Assembly: GCA_038217005.1 (NCBI GenBank)
Contig: JBBQPT010000009.1
Location: 839 to 64,838, forward strand
Source: Burkholderiales bacterium
GTDB taxonomy: Bacteria > Pseudomonadota > Gammaproteobacteria > Burkholderiales > Sulfuriferulaceae
Length of the DNA stretch: 64,000 nucleotides
Reading direction: 5' to 3'
Under the pieces are notes generated by a model. That model saw only the letters and a list, made by a program, of their open reading frames with translations. It made no database searches and was not told where the DNA came from. Positions 12,373 to 22,784 of this stretch are shown piece by piece (positions within the stretch are counted from its first letter, which is position 1; each line of letters starts with the position of its first letter). Both the position numbers and the translations under genes were made by a program.

Positions 12373-13818
12373 ATGAATCTCGCTTTTACGGATGTGTTGC
12401 CATTGTTGCCAGAAATTTTCATGCTGGCAGCAGTGTCGTTAATTCTACTTATCGATTTGTTTTTGAGTGATGAACAGCGTTTTATTACTTACATACTCAG
12501 TCTGATCGCTTTATTAGGCTGCGGCTGGTTGACACTGACCACTGCAACCGGTATTCCAACGTATGCTATGCACGGCATGTTCATTGATGATTTGTTATCG
12601 GATACGTTGAAACTGATGCTGTATTTCGTCGTGGCTGTGGTGTTGGTCTATTCTCGTTCATACATCCATGCGCGCGGCATGTTCCAGGGTGAATTTTTTG
12701 TACTGGTGCTGTTCGCTACCCTGGGTATGATGGTGATGATTTCTGCGAGCAGTATGCTTACGCTGTACATGGGATTGGAATTGATGAGTTTGTCACTCTA
12801 TGCGCTGGTTGCATTGCAGCGTGATTCTGCGGTGTCGAGTGAAGCAGCGATGAAGTATTTTGTACTGGGTGCATTGGCATCGGGGATGTTGCTCTACGGT
12901 ATGTCAATGATATATGGCGCGACAGGCAGCCTGGATATCGCACGGATCGCGACAGTGCTACAGGCGGACGTAGCGAATAACACTGTGCTGGTATTCGGAT
13001 TGGTATTTATCGTGGCCGGTTTGGCATTTAAGCTTGGCGTCGCCCCATTCCACATGTGGTTGCCTGACGTCTATCATGGCGCACCGACTGCAGTGACCTT
13101 GTTTATCGCTACGGCGACTAAATTGGCTGCTTTCGCATTTGTGTTGCGTATTTTGGCTCAGGGCCTGCAATCCATGTCGCCTGACTGGCAGCAAATGATG
13201 ATGATTATGGCTGTGCTGTCTATGGCGATAGGTAACATAACCGCTATAGCGCAAACCAATTTGAAGCGGATGTTAGCTTATTCAACTATTTCGCATATGG
13301 GCTTCCTGCTGTTAGGTTTGCTTGCTGCAGACATCAATGGTTATAGCGCTGCTATGTTCTATATCGTCACTTACACGTTGACTGGTTTGGGTGCGTTCGG
13401 CATGATCATGCTGTTGTCACGCAAAGGATTCGAAGCCGATAATCTGGATGACTTGAAAGGCCTGAATCAGCGTCATCCGTGGTATGCGTTTATGATGCTG
13501 ATTATCATGTTTTCACTGGCTGGCGTACCGCCTACAGTCGGTTTCTACGCGAAGCTGTCTGTGTTGCAGGCAGTCGTTAATGCGGGATATATCTGGTTAG
13601 CTGTTGTCGCGGTTATATTCTCATTGATAGGCGCGTTCTATTACTTGCGTGTCGTACGCTTAATGTACTTTGATAAGCCGACTGATACTCACGTGGTCAA
13701 AGTCGAAGGGGACATGGCCTGGTTGATGAGTGCGAATGGTTTAGGTGTATTAGCGTTAGGTATACTGCCACAGCCGCTCATGGCGCTGTGCGTGTACGCT
13801 ATACAGCAATCGCTATGA
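12373..13818 (+). CDS. nuoN: NADH-quinone oxidoreductase subunit N
   Basis: [11 protein letters not shown] and [16 protein letters not shown] motifs. Confidence 0.98.
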   Translation: MNLAFTDVLPLLPEIFMLAAVSLILLIDLFLSDEQRFITYILSLIALLGCGWLTLTTATGIPTYAMHGMFIDDLLSDTLKLMLYFVVAVVLVYSRSYIHARGMFQGEFFVLVLFATLGMMVMISASSMLTLYMGLELMSLSLYALVALQRDSAVSSEAAMKYFVLGALASGMLLYGMSMIYGATGSLDIARIATVLQADVANNTVLVFGLVFIVAGLAFKLGVAPFHMWLPDVYHGAPTAVTLFIATATKLAAFAFVLRILAQGLQSMSPDWQQMMMIMAVLSMAIGNITAIAQTNLKRMLAYSTISHMGFLLLGLLAADINGYSAAMFYIVTYTLTGLGAFGMIMLLSRKGFEADNLDDLKGLNQRHPWYAFMMLIIMFSLAGVPPTVGFYAKLSVLQAVVNAGYIWLAVVAVIFSLIGAFYYLRVVRLMYFDKPTDTHVVKVEGDMAWLMSANGLGVLALGILPQPLMALCVYAIQQSL

Positions 13819-14108
13819 ATACCAGCGTCTTAGCCCTATTGGTAGTGGCCTTAGTGACTGCTAATGTTCCGTTCTTTTCTAATCGGGTGATGCTGTTAAT
13901 CCCGGTAAAGTCGGAACACAAGGCGTTGGGTTGGCATGCGTTAGAAATGCTCGTATGGTATTTCATTGTGGGATTGCTAGGTCGCCTGCTGGAACAAAAG
14001 ACGGGTATTGCACATCACCAAAATTGGGAGTTTTATGCGGTGACGGCAAGCATGTTTATCGTGCTTGCATTTCCTGGTTTCGTTTATCGCTACTTATGGC
14101 GGCGTTAA
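13815..14108 (+). CDS. DUF2818 family membrane protein
   Basis: ATGA overlap with the nuoN stop. ANVPF...WEFYAVT...FPGFVYRYL pattern; this family usually follows nuoN in betaproteobacteria. Confidence 0.85.
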   Translation: MNTSVLALLVVALVTANVPFFSNRVMLLIPVKSEHKALGWHALEMLVWYFIVGLLGRLLEQKTGIAHHQNWEFYAVTASMFIVLAFPGFVYRYLWRR

Positions 14109-14531
14109 GGTTTTTTTAGTCAAACATTCAAAGTAAATGGCAGGGTCAAAAGCTGTATGATGACGTTGCGCTTGCCATATCATTTCTGCTAAACAGTCCA
14201 TCATTTCATGCTGTGCGCGCATTTCGTCCTGAAATAGTGCGCATAATTTTTGGTAGTAGTCGCGTACACCAGCGGGTTGGTCAATAGATAATTGCTCGTT
14301 TATCGCCAAATGCATAGAAAGATGTAAAAACGGATTGGTTTCGCCCAATTCAGCGGGGAAATCCTGCTCACCATAACGCTCAGGTTGATTCAGCATTGCG
14401 TGGTATTCAGGATGTGCCAGCATAATATCAACAGCGACAAACTCCGCGCCTGCTAACGGTTGTTTATCTAGATATTTGCGCCAGGAGTTGAAATAAAACT
14501 GGCGTGCGTCTTGTCTGCTAGGATTAAACAT
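14094..14531 (-). CDS. DUF1841 family protein
   Basis: MFNPSRQDARQFYF start; HPEYH and NPFLHLSMHLAINEQLSIDQP motifs. Start set at ATG 14531, overlapping the FIST gene stop. Confidence 0.85.
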   Translation of the reverse strand: MFNPSRQDARQFYFNSWRKYLDKQPLAGAEFVAVDIMLAHPEYHAMLNQPERYGEQDFPAELGETNPFLHLSMHLAINEQLSIDQPAGVRDYYQKLCALFQDEMRAQHEMMDCLAEMIWQAQRHHTAFDPAIYFECLTKKTLTPP

Positions 14532-15612
14532 TGTAGTCAAATAGTCCAAAAACGGTTGCATATTCTAACAACTGATTGCTGTCATTAAGCCAGCAAATTT
14601 CACCACTATCATAAAAACCGATAAACGGTAAATCAGGGTGGCACGATTTTACCGCGAGCAAATCTTTGTCTACACCACCATAGAAGCCAGGGCCACGTCC
14701 TGACGAGCTGGCGATAATTGCAAATTTAGGGTTGTGTCCTAAAATCTGCGTTGTTCTGTCGACGGCGACACGCATGCTTCGCTCCGCTGCGAGTGGTTGG
14801 CGGATAGCCCAGAACATTTGGCTGCCTATAGTCAGGCGCGATGCCAGAGTGACGGATCTGTCATCAGTATTTGTGGCAATGACAGGGATAAGTCGATAAC
14901 GACCATCCATCAGTGCCGAATCAGGCTCTCCATAAACCTCTGCCGCCATGATGAGGTGGAGTGGTATGCGTGGTAATTCACGAATCTCGAGCGGTAGTTC
15001 TCTGGCTAATAGATTGAGTGCAGATTGGCGGCCTAAGCTCAGGATGTCATAGCCATTCACCTCAGTAACCGTCACTGGGGCTGTCAAAGCGCGGATGCCA
15101 TGCGATATGCCTATCGCTCCAGTGGTGTTGGGTAAATATAGCTCACAGTGCCCTGCAGGGTTGATTTTGCCATTATTCCAGACTTTGTATAGACCATGTC
15201 CTGTGGCATCACCGGCTACGCCGCCGAAGCGCAGTCCTGGCGATTTAATCCAGTTGTGGTTAATGGCATTGGGTGCGGTCAGTGCGAGCAGTAAGTCGTC
15301 GGCCTCAGGTGAATGTGCGGTATTTAAGCCCAGATTGCCGCTAAACACCATGGCTGCGGCAGCAGGCGCGTCGAGTACCCAATCCTGCTCTGTGAATATG
15401 CCTGCTGCACTACAGCCACTGATTTGCATGCATTGACTCTGGCGTGACGCAGCGAGCAGGGCAGGTTGTGGGTCGCGTGCAAATGCATCGCTTAAAAACA
15501 GTAATACGCTATTGGCGTGAGTTACTGATAGTTTATCCATCGCGATTGCAACCGCTTGTGCGGCAATAGCTGGGTCAGCGGTTTTGCCGGTTGCGATGCC
15601 GGTGGCTATCAT
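14524..15612 (-). CDS. Stand-alone FIST domain protein (FIST_N + FIST_C; NosP-like putative sensor)
   Basis: ISGCSAAGIFT, FGGVAGD, SSSGRG and GFYDSGEI patterns typical of FIST; no output domain. Confidence 0.75.
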   Translation of the reverse strand: MIATGIATGKTADPAIAAQAVAIAMDKLSVTHANSVLLFLSDAFARDPQPALLAASRQSQCMQISGCSAAGIFTEQDWVLDAPAAAAMVFSGNLGLNTAHSPEADDLLLALTAPNAINHNWIKSPGLRFGGVAGDATGHGLYKVWNNGKINPAGHCELYLPNTTGAIGISHGIRALTAPVTVTEVNGYDILSLGRQSALNLLARELPLEIRELPRIPLHLIMAAEVYGEPDSALMDGRYRLIPVIATNTDDRSVTLASRLTIGSQMFWAIRQPLAAERSMRVAVDRTTQILGHNPKFAIIASSSGRGPGFYGGVDKDLLAVKSCHPDLPFIGFYDSGEICWLNDSNQLLEYATVFGLFDYNV

Positions 15613-16241
15613 AGGGATTTATCTTTGTATTTGCAGAGGTCGGCAATGATGCAATGGGTACAGTCTGGTTTGCGTGCCTTGCAAGTGTAGCGACCATGCA
15701 ATATTAACCAGTGATGTGCATTGACCATATAATCTTTGGGTATGGCTTTCATTAACTTTTGTTCAACAATTAATACGGTTTTGCCAGGTGCTAGTCCTAT
15801 GCGATTAGATACCCGGAATATATGCGTGTCGACTGCCATAACAGCTTCGCCGAATGCAGTGTTGAGGATGACATTCGCGGTTTTGCGACCAACACCAGGC
15901 AGCGCCTCTAAGTGCGTGCGGCTGTTGGGCACGATACTGTTATGTTGTTCAACCAGAATTTGGCAAGTAGCGATTAAATGTTTGGCTTTACTTTTATATA
16001 AGCCAATTCTTTGGATGTATTCAGCTAGGCGTTGTTCACCTAGTGCAAATATAGTTTCAGGGGTGTTGGCAACGTTAAATAAAATACGGGTAGCAATGTT
16101 GACGCTTTTATCAGTTGCTTGAGCTGAAAGTAGAACCGCTACCAGTAATTCAAATGTGCTGTGATATTCGAGTTCAGTGGTAGGGTTAGGATTAGCTGCC
16201 GCGAAACGGGTAAAAATCTCGCGGCGTTGTGGGCTGGCCAG
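15609..16241 (-). CDS. nth: Endonuclease III (probable CTG start)
   Basis: TTELEY, LLSAQATD, HhH motif LPGVGRKTANV, VDTHIFRV and CKARKPDCTHCIIADLC Fe-S motif. From CTG 16241 the protein is 210 aa; no in-frame ATG lies near the expected start. Confidence 0.93.
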   Translation of the reverse strand: MASPQRREIFTRFAAANPNPTTELEYHSTFELLVAVLLSAQATDKSVNIATRILFNVANTPETIFALGEQRLAEYIQRIGLYKSKAKHLIATCQILVEQHNSIVPNSRTHLEALPGVGRKTANVILNTAFGEAVMAVDTHIFRVSNRIGLAPGKTVLIVEQKLMKAIPKDYMVNAHHWLILHGRYTCKARKPDCTHCIIADLCKYKDKSL

Positions 16242-16242
16242 T

Positions 16243-16659
16243 TTAGAAATGACGGAACCAACCAATATCTGGCGATGCTGGACGTGGGTTTTGTTTAGCT
16301 TCTTCTTCAAGCTTATGCAGGAAGTTGTGATGATCTTCATCCAATTTATGCATGGCTTCGTCTGACATTTTGCCGAATAGCGTGCCAGTAATGAAACCGC
16401 CTAAATCAATTAGTGTGGTTGCCCATAAGCCCTGGCGTAAATGGAAATCGGTGTGGGAGTGTTGGCCGTATGGGTAGTTCATGAATTCATAGCCTTTAAC
16501 AGCGCTTAAATCCGGGTCATTCATAACAAAGTTTTTCGCCCAGTCATACCACCATTTATAATACTTTTCTTGCATGGTGGTGTTTAGGTTGTGACGATCG
16601 TAAAAACCGAATACGCTTACACGGTTAGTGTTGCCGCTGAAAGGGAAATGACCTGACAT
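16243..16659 (-). CDS. Hypothetical protein, 138 aa, His/Trp-rich, unknown function
   Basis: Clean ORF with a GAAGGA Shine-Dalgarno upstream of ATG 16659. Codon choice (TTC, AAC, CAC, CGT, GGT/GGC) resembles the highly expressed ilvC and ppiB genes here. Confidence 0.8.
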   Translation of the reverse strand: MSGHFPFSGNTNRVSVFGFYDRHNLNTTMQEKYYKWWYDWAKNFVMNDPDLSAVKGYEFMNYPYGQHSHTDFHLRQGLWATTLIDLGGFITGTLFGKMSDEAMHKLDEDHHNFLHKLEEEAKQNPRPASPDIGWFRHF

Positions 16660-16738
16660 ACCTAACATCCTTCATGATAGTAAAAATCACATTTTAACCT
16701 GTTTTTTTGTATTTGGTATATGGAAGTGAGTGAGTTGA

Positions 16739-17293
16739 ATGTTGGCTGGAAATAATGACGCAATATCGACAGTGACTTTGGGTGGCGGGTGTTTCTGGTG
16801 CCTGGAAGCAGTGTTTGAAAAAATGCACGGTGTAATGCTTGTCGAATCAGGTTACATGGGAGGTGCGCGACCCAATCCTGCGTATGAGGATGTTTGCACC
16901 GGTACAACAGGACATGCTGAGGTGGTGCAGATTAGCTACGATACACAGCAGACCAGTCTGGTAGATATATTGCATGTGTTTTTTGCGATTCATGATGCCA
17001 CTACGTTAAATCGCCAAGGCAATGATGTCGGCACGCAATATCGCTCGGTTATTTTTTACCATGATGAGACGCAAAAACAGACGGCTGCTGAAGTATTGGC
17101 ACAACTGCAGGCGCAACTGGATCGTCCTGTGGTAACTGAATTAACGCCAGTTACTGAATTTTATCGTGCCGAAGAAATGCATCAGCATTATTTTGCGTTA
17201 CATCCACAGCAAGGTTATTGCCAGTATGTCGTAGCGCCTAAGGTAGCTAAGTTTAAACAACACTTCCCGCAATGGGTGCAAGTGCGTGGCTAA
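16739..17293 (+). CDS. msrA: Peptide-methionine (S)-S-oxide reductase
   Basis: GGGCFWC active-site motif; TGHAEVV, GNDVGTQYRS and AEEMHQHY. Confidence 0.96.
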   Translation: MLAGNNDAISTVTLGGGCFWCLEAVFEKMHGVMLVESGYMGGARPNPAYEDVCTGTTGHAEVVQISYDTQQTSLVDILHVFFAIHDATTLNRQGNDVGTQYRSVIFYHDETQKQTAAEVLAQLQAQLDRPVVTELTPVTEFYRAEEMHQHYFALHPQQGYCQYVVAPKVAKFKQHFPQWVQVRG

Positions 17294-18440
17294 TTTACCG
17301 TATTGGCGGCTGTCAGGGTTTTATTTCTTTTATTTTGCTTTTGTTGGTGCGATGTCCCCGTATTGGGGTTTGTATCTGCAGTCGCTGTCGTTTAACGCTT
17401 GGCAGATAGGCGTGTTGATGTCGTTGTTGCAGGTGACTCGTATATTTTCCCCTAATATATGGGGTTGGCTGGCGGATAAAACTGGGCGCCGTGCAGCGAT
17501 GGTGCGGTTAACTGCCTGGATAAGTTTGCTGTGCTTTGCGGGTGTGTTTTTTGGCAGTCAATTCGCATGGCTATTCGTGGTGATGGCGACTATGAGTTTT
17601 TTCTGGAGCGCATCTTTGCCTTTGGTTGAGGCAACCACGATGTCGCACTTAGGGTCGCATACGCATCGCTATGGGCAGATACGTTTGTGGGGCTCTATCG
17701 GGTTTGTGATAGCGGTATTGGGGCTAGGTTATTGGCTGAATGTCCGACCTGTCAGTGATTTGCCTTGGGCCGTACTGGCGCTTATGGTCGGTATAGGCTG
17801 GCTGGCAAGTTATATTCCCGATGCGAAAATTAATCCACAACCGCGTGTGCATGTGGATATATGGCATGTGGTGCGACGACCCGAGGTAATGAGTTTGTTA
17901 CTGGGTTGCTTCTTAATGGCTGTAGCACACGGACCCTATTATGCTTTTTATTCTATTGATTTGGTTGCTCATGGCTACAGCAAAAGCGCAGTAGGCTGGT
18001 TATGGGCACTGGGCGTGATAGCCGAAATAGCCGTGTTCCTGTGGTTGCCGCGTTGGTTGCCGAACGTGTCCATGGCGCGGATATTACTGGCGACATTGCT
18101 GATTGCTGTGGTTCGTTTCGTTATTATAGCTTGGGGCATAGATTATTTAGGCTGGGTCATATTCGCACAGATTCTGCATGCAGCAACCTTTGGCGCTTAT
18201 CATTTATCGGCGGTAGCATTAATCCATCGCTATTTTCATGGCCGCAATCAAGCTCGAGGTCAAGGCTTGTACAACAGTGTAACTTATGGTGCAGGAGGCA
18301 CCGTGGGTGGTTTATATGCGGGTGCGGTTTGGGATAGCTGGGGAGCAGTTTGGGTATTCAGTATTGCGGCAGCATGTGCAGCTGTGGGCGCGATTTTAGT
18401 GGCAAGCCAGTTGACTAAGCTAGAAGCGAAAACGCACTGA
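17286..18440 (+). CDS. MFS transporter (HcaT / nucleoside:H+ symporter-like)
   Basis: About 12 hydrophobic segments; WGWLADKTGRR, YGQIRLWGSIGF and QILHAATFG motifs. Confidence 0.85.
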   Translation: MANLPYWRLSGFYFFYFAFVGAMSPYWGLYLQSLSFNAWQIGVLMSLLQVTRIFSPNIWGWLADKTGRRAAMVRLTAWISLLCFAGVFFGSQFAWLFVVMATMSFFWSASLPLVEATTMSHLGSHTHRYGQIRLWGSIGFVIAVLGLGYWLNVRPVSDLPWAVLALMVGIGWLASYIPDAKINPQPRVHVDIWHVVRRPEVMSLLLGCFLMAVAHGPYYAFYSIDLVAHGYSKSAVGWLWALGVIAEIAVFLWLPRWLPNVSMARILLATLLIAVVRFVIIAWGIDYLGWVIFAQILHAATFGAYHLSAVALIHRYFHGRNQARGQGLYNSVTYGAGGTVGGLYAGAVWDSWGAVWVFSIAAACAAVGAILVASQLTKLEAKTH

Positions 18441-18441
18441 T

Positions 18442-18470
18442 TTATCAATTTGCTTGAGTCTGTGTATAAT
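18442..18470 (+). promoter_or_regulatory. Putative sigma70 promoter for leuCDB-asd
   Basis: TTATCA (18442-47), 17-nt spacer, perfect TATAAT (18465-70); lies between the MFS stop and leuC. Confidence 0.55.
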
Positions 18471-18502
18471 TTCTGGTTCGATTATTAAGATTGGTTAGAT
18501 TC

Positions 18503-19906
18503 ATGAGCAGGCAAACGCTATACGATAAGCTTTGGCAGGCGCATTTGGTCCATACAGAAGCCGATGGGTCTGCGTTAATCTACATAGACAGACATTTGGT
18601 TCACGAAGTTACCAGCCCACAGGCATTTGAGGGCTTGCGACTGGCTGGCCGCATACCTTGGCGCGCAGGTGCGGCGATCGCTGTGCCCGATCATAATGTG
18701 CCGACGACTCATAGAGCAGCGGGCATAGCCGACCCTATCTCGCGCTTGCAAGTGGAAACGCTGGATCAGAATTGTGCTGAATTTGGCATACAAGAATTCA
18801 AAATGAATGATGTGCGTCAAGGCATCGTACATGTTATCGGGCCTGAGCAAGGCCTGACCTTACCCGGCATGACCGTGGTGTGCGGGGATTCGCATACCAG
18901 TACACATGGCGCGTTTGGTGCATTAGCATTTGGTATCGGTACGTCCGAAGTCGAGCACGTTCTGGCGACACAATGCTTGGTGAGCAAAAAATCCAAATCC
19001 ATGCGTGTGTTAGTCGAAGGTGAGTTAGGCGCGGGTGTGACTGCCAAAGATGTGGCTTTAGCGATTATCGGCACTATCGGTACTGCAGGCGGCACAGGTT
19101 ATGCGATCGAATTTGCGGGTTCGGCGATACGTGGGCTGAGCATGGAAGGGCGCATGACGCTATGCAATATGGCGATAGAAGCCGGTGCGCGTGCAGGTAT
19201 GGTTGCGGTGGATACCAAGACCATAGATTACGTGCGTGGTCGTCCTGCTGCGCCTACGGGTGCAATGTGGGATCAGGCTGTGGCCTGGTGGCAAACTTTA
19301 GTATCTGATGCAGATGCGGTGTTTGACCATGAGGTCGTGCTTAATGCTGCTGATATTCAACCGCAAGTGACCTGGGGTACATCACCGGAAATGGTGGTTG
19401 CAGTGACAGGGCGCGTCCCCGATCCTGCTGACGCAACTGATGCAGTTAAACGTAATGACTGGGAACGGGCGTTGACTTATATGGGCCTGACTGCAAATAC
19501 GCCGATATCAGAGATTGCGATTGATAAAGTATTCATCGGTTCGTGTACTAATTCCCGTATAGAAGACTTGCGCGCTGCTGCGGCCGTTATCAAAGGCCGT
19601 AAAAAAGCGCCAAATGTGAAGTTGGCGATGGTCGTGCCAGGTTCAGGTCTGGTTAAGCAACAGGCTGAGCAAGAAGGACTGGATAAGCTGTTTATAGCTG
19701 CCGGCTTTGAATGGCGCGATCCTGGCTGCTCCATGTGTTTGGCGATGAATGCGGACAGGCTGGAGCCAGGTGAACGTTGTGCCGCAACCTCCAATCGTAA
19801 TTTTGAAGGTCGCCAGGGGCCGGGTGGTCGTACCCATTTGGTAAGTCCGGCGATGGCTGCAGCCGCTGCATTGGCTGGCCATTTTGTTGATGTGCGTGAG
19901 TTTTGA
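18503..19906 (+). CDS. leuC: 3-isopropylmalate dehydratase large subunit
   Basis: [29 protein letters not shown] and [10 protein letters not shown] motifs. Confidence 0.98.
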   Translation: MSRQTLYDKLWQAHLVHTEADGSALIYIDRHLVHEVTSPQAFEGLRLAGRIPWRAGAAIAVPDHNVPTTHRAAGIADPISRLQVETLDQNCAEFGIQEFKMNDVRQGIVHVIGPEQGLTLPGMTVVCGDSHTSTHGAFGALAFGIGTSEVEHVLATQCLVSKKSKSMRVLVEGELGAGVTAKDVALAIIGTIGTAGGTGYAIEFAGSAIRGLSMEGRMTLCNMAIEAGARAGMVAVDTKTIDYVRGRPAAPTGAMWDQAVAWWQTLVSDADAVFDHEVVLNAADIQPQVTWGTSPEMVVAVTGRVPDPADATDAVKRNDWERALTYMGLTANTPISEIAIDKVFIGSCTNSRIEDLRAAAAVIKGRKKAPNVKLAMVVPGSGLVKQQAEQEGLDKLFIAAGFEWRDPGCSMCLAMNADRLEPGERCAATSNRNFEGRQGPGGRTHLVSPAMAAAAALAGHFVDVREF

Positions 19907-19919
19907 AAGGTGCTGCTAA

Positions 19920-20558
19920 GTGAAGCCATTTGTTGAGTTAGAAGGGCTGGTTGTTCCGCTCGATAGGGCTAATGTGGACACCGATGCGATTATTCCCAAG
20001 CAATTCCTGAAATCAATTAAACGTAGTGGTTTCGGGCCGAATTTGTTTGATGAATGGCGTTATCTGGATCATGGGGAGCCTGGTCAAGATAATACCCATC
20101 GTCCACTGAATCCTGATTTTGTATTGAATAAACCGCAATATCAAGGTGCGGAAGTGTTATTGGCGCGGGAGAATTTTGGTTGTGGTTCCAGCCGTGAGCA
20201 TGCGCCTTGGGCGTTAGAGGATTATGGTATACGGGTCATCATTGCACCGAGTTTTGCAGATATTTTTTACAACAACTGCTTCAAAAATGGCTTGTTGCCT
20301 ATTGTCCTGGCGGCCGAAATGGTCGATCAGTTGTTTGCTGAAACCGCAGCAACTGTTGGCTATCGTTTGCATATTGATCTGACTCAGCAAATCGTTACCA
20401 CCCCATCGGGGGCGGTATTCGGTTTTGAGGTTGATGCGCACCGCAAGTATTGTCTACTGAACGGTTTTGATGACATCGGGCTGACTTTGCAACACGTGGA
20501 TGAAATTCGCGCGTACGAGGCGCAGCGCAAACTAACCGCGCCATGGTTGTTTGTTTGA
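19920..20558 (+). CDS. leuD: 3-isopropylmalate dehydratase small subunit
   Basis: [13 protein letters not shown] and [16 protein letters not shown]; GTG start. Confidence 0.98.
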   Translation: MKPFVELEGLVVPLDRANVDTDAIIPKQFLKSIKRSGFGPNLFDEWRYLDHGEPGQDNTHRPLNPDFVLNKPQYQGAEVLLARENFGCGSSREHAPWALEDYGIRVIIAPSFADIFYNNCFKNGLLPIVLAAEMVDQLFAETAATVGYRLHIDLTQQIVTTPSGAVFGFEVDAHRKYCLLNGFDDIGLTLQHVDEIRAYEAQRKLTAPWLFV

Positions 20559-20589
20559 AGGTTATTTACTTGAATATTGAAAGCATAAA

Positions 20590-21654
20590 ATGAAAATTGC
20601 TGTTTTACCGGGTGATGGAATAGGTCCTGAAGTAACTGCACAGGCGGTTAAGGTGTTGCAAGCTTTGAATAGTGAAGGCTTGAAAATCGAAATGGAACAT
20701 GCGGCTATTGGCGGTGCCGGTTATGATGCGGCGGGTGATCCTTTGCCTGAAGCAACGCTGGCGCTATCACGTGCAGCTGATGCCGTGTTGTTAGGCGCGG
20801 TGGGTGGTTATCAATATGATAGTTTGCCGCGCCCCATGCGCCCCGAGCAAGGTTTGCTGCGTATCCGTAAAGAGCTGAATTTATTTGCGAATTTACGTCC
20901 TGTTAACGTTTATCCAGAGCTCGCTGATGCGTCTACTTTGAAAGCTGAAGTGGTATCAGGACTGGATATCATGATTGTGCGTGAATTAACCGGTGACCTG
21001 TATTTCGGTCAGCCGCGCGGCATCCATATCAATGAACATGGCGAGCGCGAGGGCTATAACACCATGCGTTACGCAGAATCCGAAGTGCGTCGCGTCGCAC
21101 ACATCGGTTTCCAGATTGCGATGAAGCGGAACAAAAAATTATGCTCGGTGGAAAAAGCCAATGTGCTGGAAACCAGCGAATTGTGGCGTGAAGTGGTCAT
21201 TGAAACGGCTAAAGAATATCCTGAAGTGGCTTTGTCGCATATGTATGTTGATAACGCCGCGATGCAATTAGTGCGCAATCCCAAGCAATTTGATGTCATC
21301 GTTACCGGTAATATCTTTGGTGATATTTTGTCTGATGAGGCATCCATGTTGACGGGTTCGATCGGTATGCTGGGTTCTGCGTCTTTAGACCAGAATCGTA
21401 AAGGTATGTACGAGCCTATTCATGGTTCTGCGCCTGATATCGCAGGGCAGGATATCGCCAATCCGTTGGCAACCATTTTATCGGCAGCGATGATGATGCG
21501 TTACACCTTCGGGCGTGATGATGTCGCAGATCGTATCGAAAATGCAGTGAAAAAAGTGATTAGCAGCGGTCTGCGTACAGTGGATATTTATACCGCAGGC
21601 ACGACCAAAGTCGGTTGTGCGGCGATGGGCGATGCTGTTGTTGCAGCGCTTTAA
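20590..21654 (+). CDS. leuB: 3-isopropylmalate dehydrogenase
   Basis: [22 protein letters not shown] and [13 protein letters not shown]. Confidence 0.98.
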   Translation: MKIAVLPGDGIGPEVTAQAVKVLQALNSEGLKIEMEHAAIGGAGYDAAGDPLPEATLALSRAADAVLLGAVGGYQYDSLPRPMRPEQGLLRIRKELNLFANLRPVNVYPELADASTLKAEVVSGLDIMIVRELTGDLYFGQPRGIHINEHGEREGYNTMRYAESEVRRVAHIGFQIAMKRNKKLCSVEKANVLETSELWREVVIETAKEYPEVALSHMYVDNAAMQLVRNPKQFDVIVTGNIFGDILSDEASMLTGSIGMLGSASLDQNRKGMYEPIHGSAPDIAGQDIANPLATILSAAMMMRYTFGRDDVADRIENAVKKVISSGLRTVDIYTAGTTKVGCAAMGDAVVAAL

Positions 21655-21668
21655 TTAAGGATAGAAGT

Positions 21669-22784
21669 ATGATGCGAGTGGGTTTGGTCGGTTGGCGCGG
21701 CATGGTAGGTTCGGTGCTGATGCAGCGTATGCGCGAAGAGCGCGATTTTGATGTGATAGATCCTGTGTTTTTCACCACCTCACAAGTGGGGGGCAAAGGT
21801 CCTGAGATTGGGCATGATATCCCAGCATTGAAAGATGCGCGCAATATCGATGAGCTTAAAGCCATGGATGCGATTATTTCCACTCAAGGTGGCGATTATA
21901 CGACTGAGGTATTTGGGCAATTACGTGCTGCGGGCTGGAAGGGCTACTGGATAGATGCGGCTTCTACCTTGCGTATGGAAACCGACAGCGTAATTATCCT
22001 CGATCCTGTTAATCAGCATGTGATCAAAGATGCGCTGGCTAAAGGCGGTAAGGATTTCATCGGCGGTAATTGCACTGTGTCATTGATGTTGATGGCGTTG
22101 GGCGGCTTGTTCCGTGAAAATATGGTTGACTGGATCAGTGCCATGACTTATCAGGCAGCTTCAGGCGCGGGCGCGCAGAACATGCGTGAGCTGTTAAATC
22201 AAATGGGCGAAACGCATCGCACCGTATCTGCTTTATTGGATGATCCCGCCTCGGCAATACTGGATATTGATAGGGAAGTCGCTGGTGTGTTGCGTGATGA
22301 TGCCTTCCCTAAATCCAATTTCGGTGTGCCATTGGCTGGTAGCCTGATCCCTTGGATAGACAAGGATTTAGGCAATGGTCAGAGTAAAGAAGAGTGGAAA
22401 GCTCGCGCTGAGACCAACAAGATTTTAGGGCTGAATGGCGATCAAATTAGCATTGATGGCTTGTGTGTGCGTATCGGTGCAATGCGTTGCCACAGTCAGG
22501 CATTAACGGTCAAACTCAAGCAAGACGTGCCTATGGATGAGATCGAATCTATTATTGCTGGCCATAATGCGTGGGTAAAAGTCGTGCCTAACCAAAAGGA
22601 AATTAGTATGACTGATTTAACGCCTGCTGCAGTAACGGGCACACTGACAGTGCCGGTTGGACGTATGCGTAAAATGTACATGGGCGGTGAATACTTGTCT
22701 GCGTTCACAGTCGGCGATCAGTTACTGTGGGGTGCGGCGGAACCATTGCGTCGTATGTTACGTATTTTGGTAGAGGCGCAATGA
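21669..22784 (+). CDS. asd: Aspartate-semialdehyde dehydrogenase (E. coli type)
   Basis: [31 protein letters not shown] and [14 protein letters not shown]. Confidence 0.97.
   Translation: MMRVGLVGWRGMVGSVLMQRMREERDFDVIDPVFFTTSQVGGKGPEIGHDIPALKDARNIDELKAMDAIISTQGGDYTTEVFGQLRAAGWKGYWIDAASTLRMETDSVIILDPVNQHVIKDALAKGGKDFIGGNCTVSLMLMALGGLFRENMVDWISAMTYQAASGAGAQNMRELLNQMGETHRTVSALLDDPASAILDIDREVAGVLRDDAFPKSNFGVPLAGSLIPWIDKDLGNGQSKEEWKARAETNKILGLNGDQISIDGLCVRIGAMRCHSQALTVKLKQDVPMDEIESIIAGHNAWVKVVPNQKEISMTDLTPAAVTGTLTVPVGRMRKMYMGGEYLSAFTVGDQLLWGAAEPLRRMLRILVEAQ

Noticed and set aside
18441-18502. Leader-peptide attenuators for leuC (also checked upstream of leuA, ilvI and trp genes)
   Set aside because: Intergenic gaps are too short and contain no Leu/Ile/Val/Trp-rich mini-ORF or terminator.
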